The translations under genes were made by a program, and so were the position numbers. A stretch of DNA of 63,832 nt, the filler included, from Octopus bimaculoides (taxonomy: Eukaryota), in NCBI RefSeq assembly GCF_001194135.2. It is 4 parts of 4 records of this genome, joined end to end, with 100 filler letters (N's around TTAATTAATTAA, not from the genome) between each part and the next. Parts side by side here need not be neighbours in the genome. Positions count along the whole stretch, not along the records: positions 62,573 to 63,832 come from NW_026424121.1; 3 more parts are not named here. The stretch is one strand, 5' to 3'. Under the pieces are notes generated by a model. That model saw nothing but the letters and a program-made list of their open reading frames with translations, did no database searches and was not told the origin of the DNA. The stretch's first letter is position 1, and each line of letters starts with the position of its first letter. Below, piece after piece: positions 62,473 through 63,832 of this stretch.

Positions 62473-63433
62473 NNNNNNNNNNNNNNNNNNNNNNNNNNNN
62501 NNNNNNNNNNNNNNNNTTAATTAATTAANNNNNNNNNNNNNNNNNNNNNNNNNNNNNNNNNNNNNNNNNNNNATTATTATTATCATTATTATTATTATTA
62601 TATTTGTTGATATAAAAAAAGTCCTCTTTTCATTACCATTACCATAATCACCACCGATATCATCATCATATAATTATCATAGTTGTATTATTATAATCGT
62701 TTTTATGATGACGGGCGTTTAATTGTTGCAGTGAACCAAGTCTCCAGCCAATTTCGATTCTTACATCGCTTATGTCCTCGGTAACTCTCAAGTTATAACT
62801 GTTAATTTTGTTGTTATTGCTGCTTCTATTTCTTCTGATGTTGATACTGGTTTACATGAACCTTACTCTATTGCTAAGAGTCCATAACGCTCTGAATAAT
62901 TTAGCGCTATATCAGTAAAGAAGCAGAAATAATTTTAAATCAATTCCATTCTATTAATATGATTATCCCCTTCCTGTCACCTATTGATGAGGCGATGTTT
63001 CTGCACTCCTAGGTTTCGCTCCTTCTTAGAGTTTGGTTTCTTAAGAGGTTTTTAATGGATGAGGCGTATAAAGTGGTAAGATGTAGCTATCTTAAGTGGT
63101 TGGAGTTTTAAATTTAAGGCAAGCATCCATCTTATAATAGTATGCATCGTTGCAATTTAATAATTGTTAACAATTTAGAAGTCATTGCAGTCTGAGATTC
63201 AAAGCATTCTGAGAAAAATTACATGATTAATAATGATTAGAATCTAACTATCATTGCACTCTAAATTCTTTACAGTTCAACAGCCATTTCTGCCTCGCAA
63301 ACATTGTCGTTTAGTCTCACAACCATATTTCTGAAGGTTTATAGAATTTTCCATGCATCAAGTTACTGAAGTTATAATGTCGATAAGGAGGAGGAGACTT
63401 TCTTACATTCACAAGCCAATAATAATAATAATA

Positions 63434-63649
63434 ATCCTTTCTACTATAGACACAAGGCCTGAAATTTGAAGGGAGGTGGCTAGTCGATTACATCGACCCC
63501 AGTGTTCAATAGGTACATATTTTATTAACCCCGAAAGGATGAAAGGTTAAGTCGACCTCAACAGAATTTGAATTCAGAACGTAAAGCCGGACGAAATGCC
63601 GTTCAGCATTTTATCCGACGTGCTAAGGATTCTACCAGCTCACCGCCTT
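63434..63649 (-). mobile_element. SINE, full length, between (AAT)n tracts
   Basis: Reverse complement AAGGCGGTGAGCTGGTAGAATCCTTAGCACGTCGG...GTTCTGAATTCAAATTC...GGGGTCGATGTAATCGACT...TAGTAGAAAGGATTATT. Confidence 0.9.
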
Positions 63650-63655
63650 AATAAC

Positions 63656-63700
<45 letters not shown>

Positions 63701-63832
63701 TATAATGATAAAAAAACTGGTCATCCGATACCACATGTACTAACGAAATATGACCCGTATCAACGTCAGACTAATTGACGCCTGACTTGAATTTGAAACT
63801 TTTCTGATTAATTTTTATCACTTTATGTATGT

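Overview
Repeat-dense eukaryotic genomic DNA. Abundant (AT)n, (ATAC)n, (TAA)n and (CT)n microsatellites and tRNA-derived SINE families point to a coleoid cephalopod (Octopus-like) draft assembly; that assignment is from recall, not a search. About 4 kb is N gaps, the largest being 6712-7407, 9343-10335, 18281-19079 and 58470-59126. I found no intact protein-coding gene, rRNA, bona fide tRNA or CRISPR array. Recognisable coding remnants are all from transposable elements: a full-length decayed Tigger/pogo, a full-length decayed mariner plus several mariner pieces, two DD37D maT copies, a DD36E Tc1 piece, a Merlin/ISXO2-like piece, a Penelope GIY-YIG piece, RTE and R4/Dong-type LINE fragments, a Gypsy 3' end and a solo LTR with TSD. 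The most interesting signals are: (1) two hammerhead-ribozyme-like motifs with complete cores in a 401-bp-period duplication at 28.3/28.7 kb, the first enclosed by inverted arms; (2) a perfect 43-bp copy of a maT segment pasted into the Penelope ORF 1.9 kb away; (3) a Penelope 3' foldback carrying a tRNA-like head; and (4) a CpG-poor domain (about 44-61 kb) with several well-bounded, stop-containing minus-strand exon candidates, suggesting an unannotated non-coding or NMD-type spliced transcript. All functional interpretations are untested inferences.
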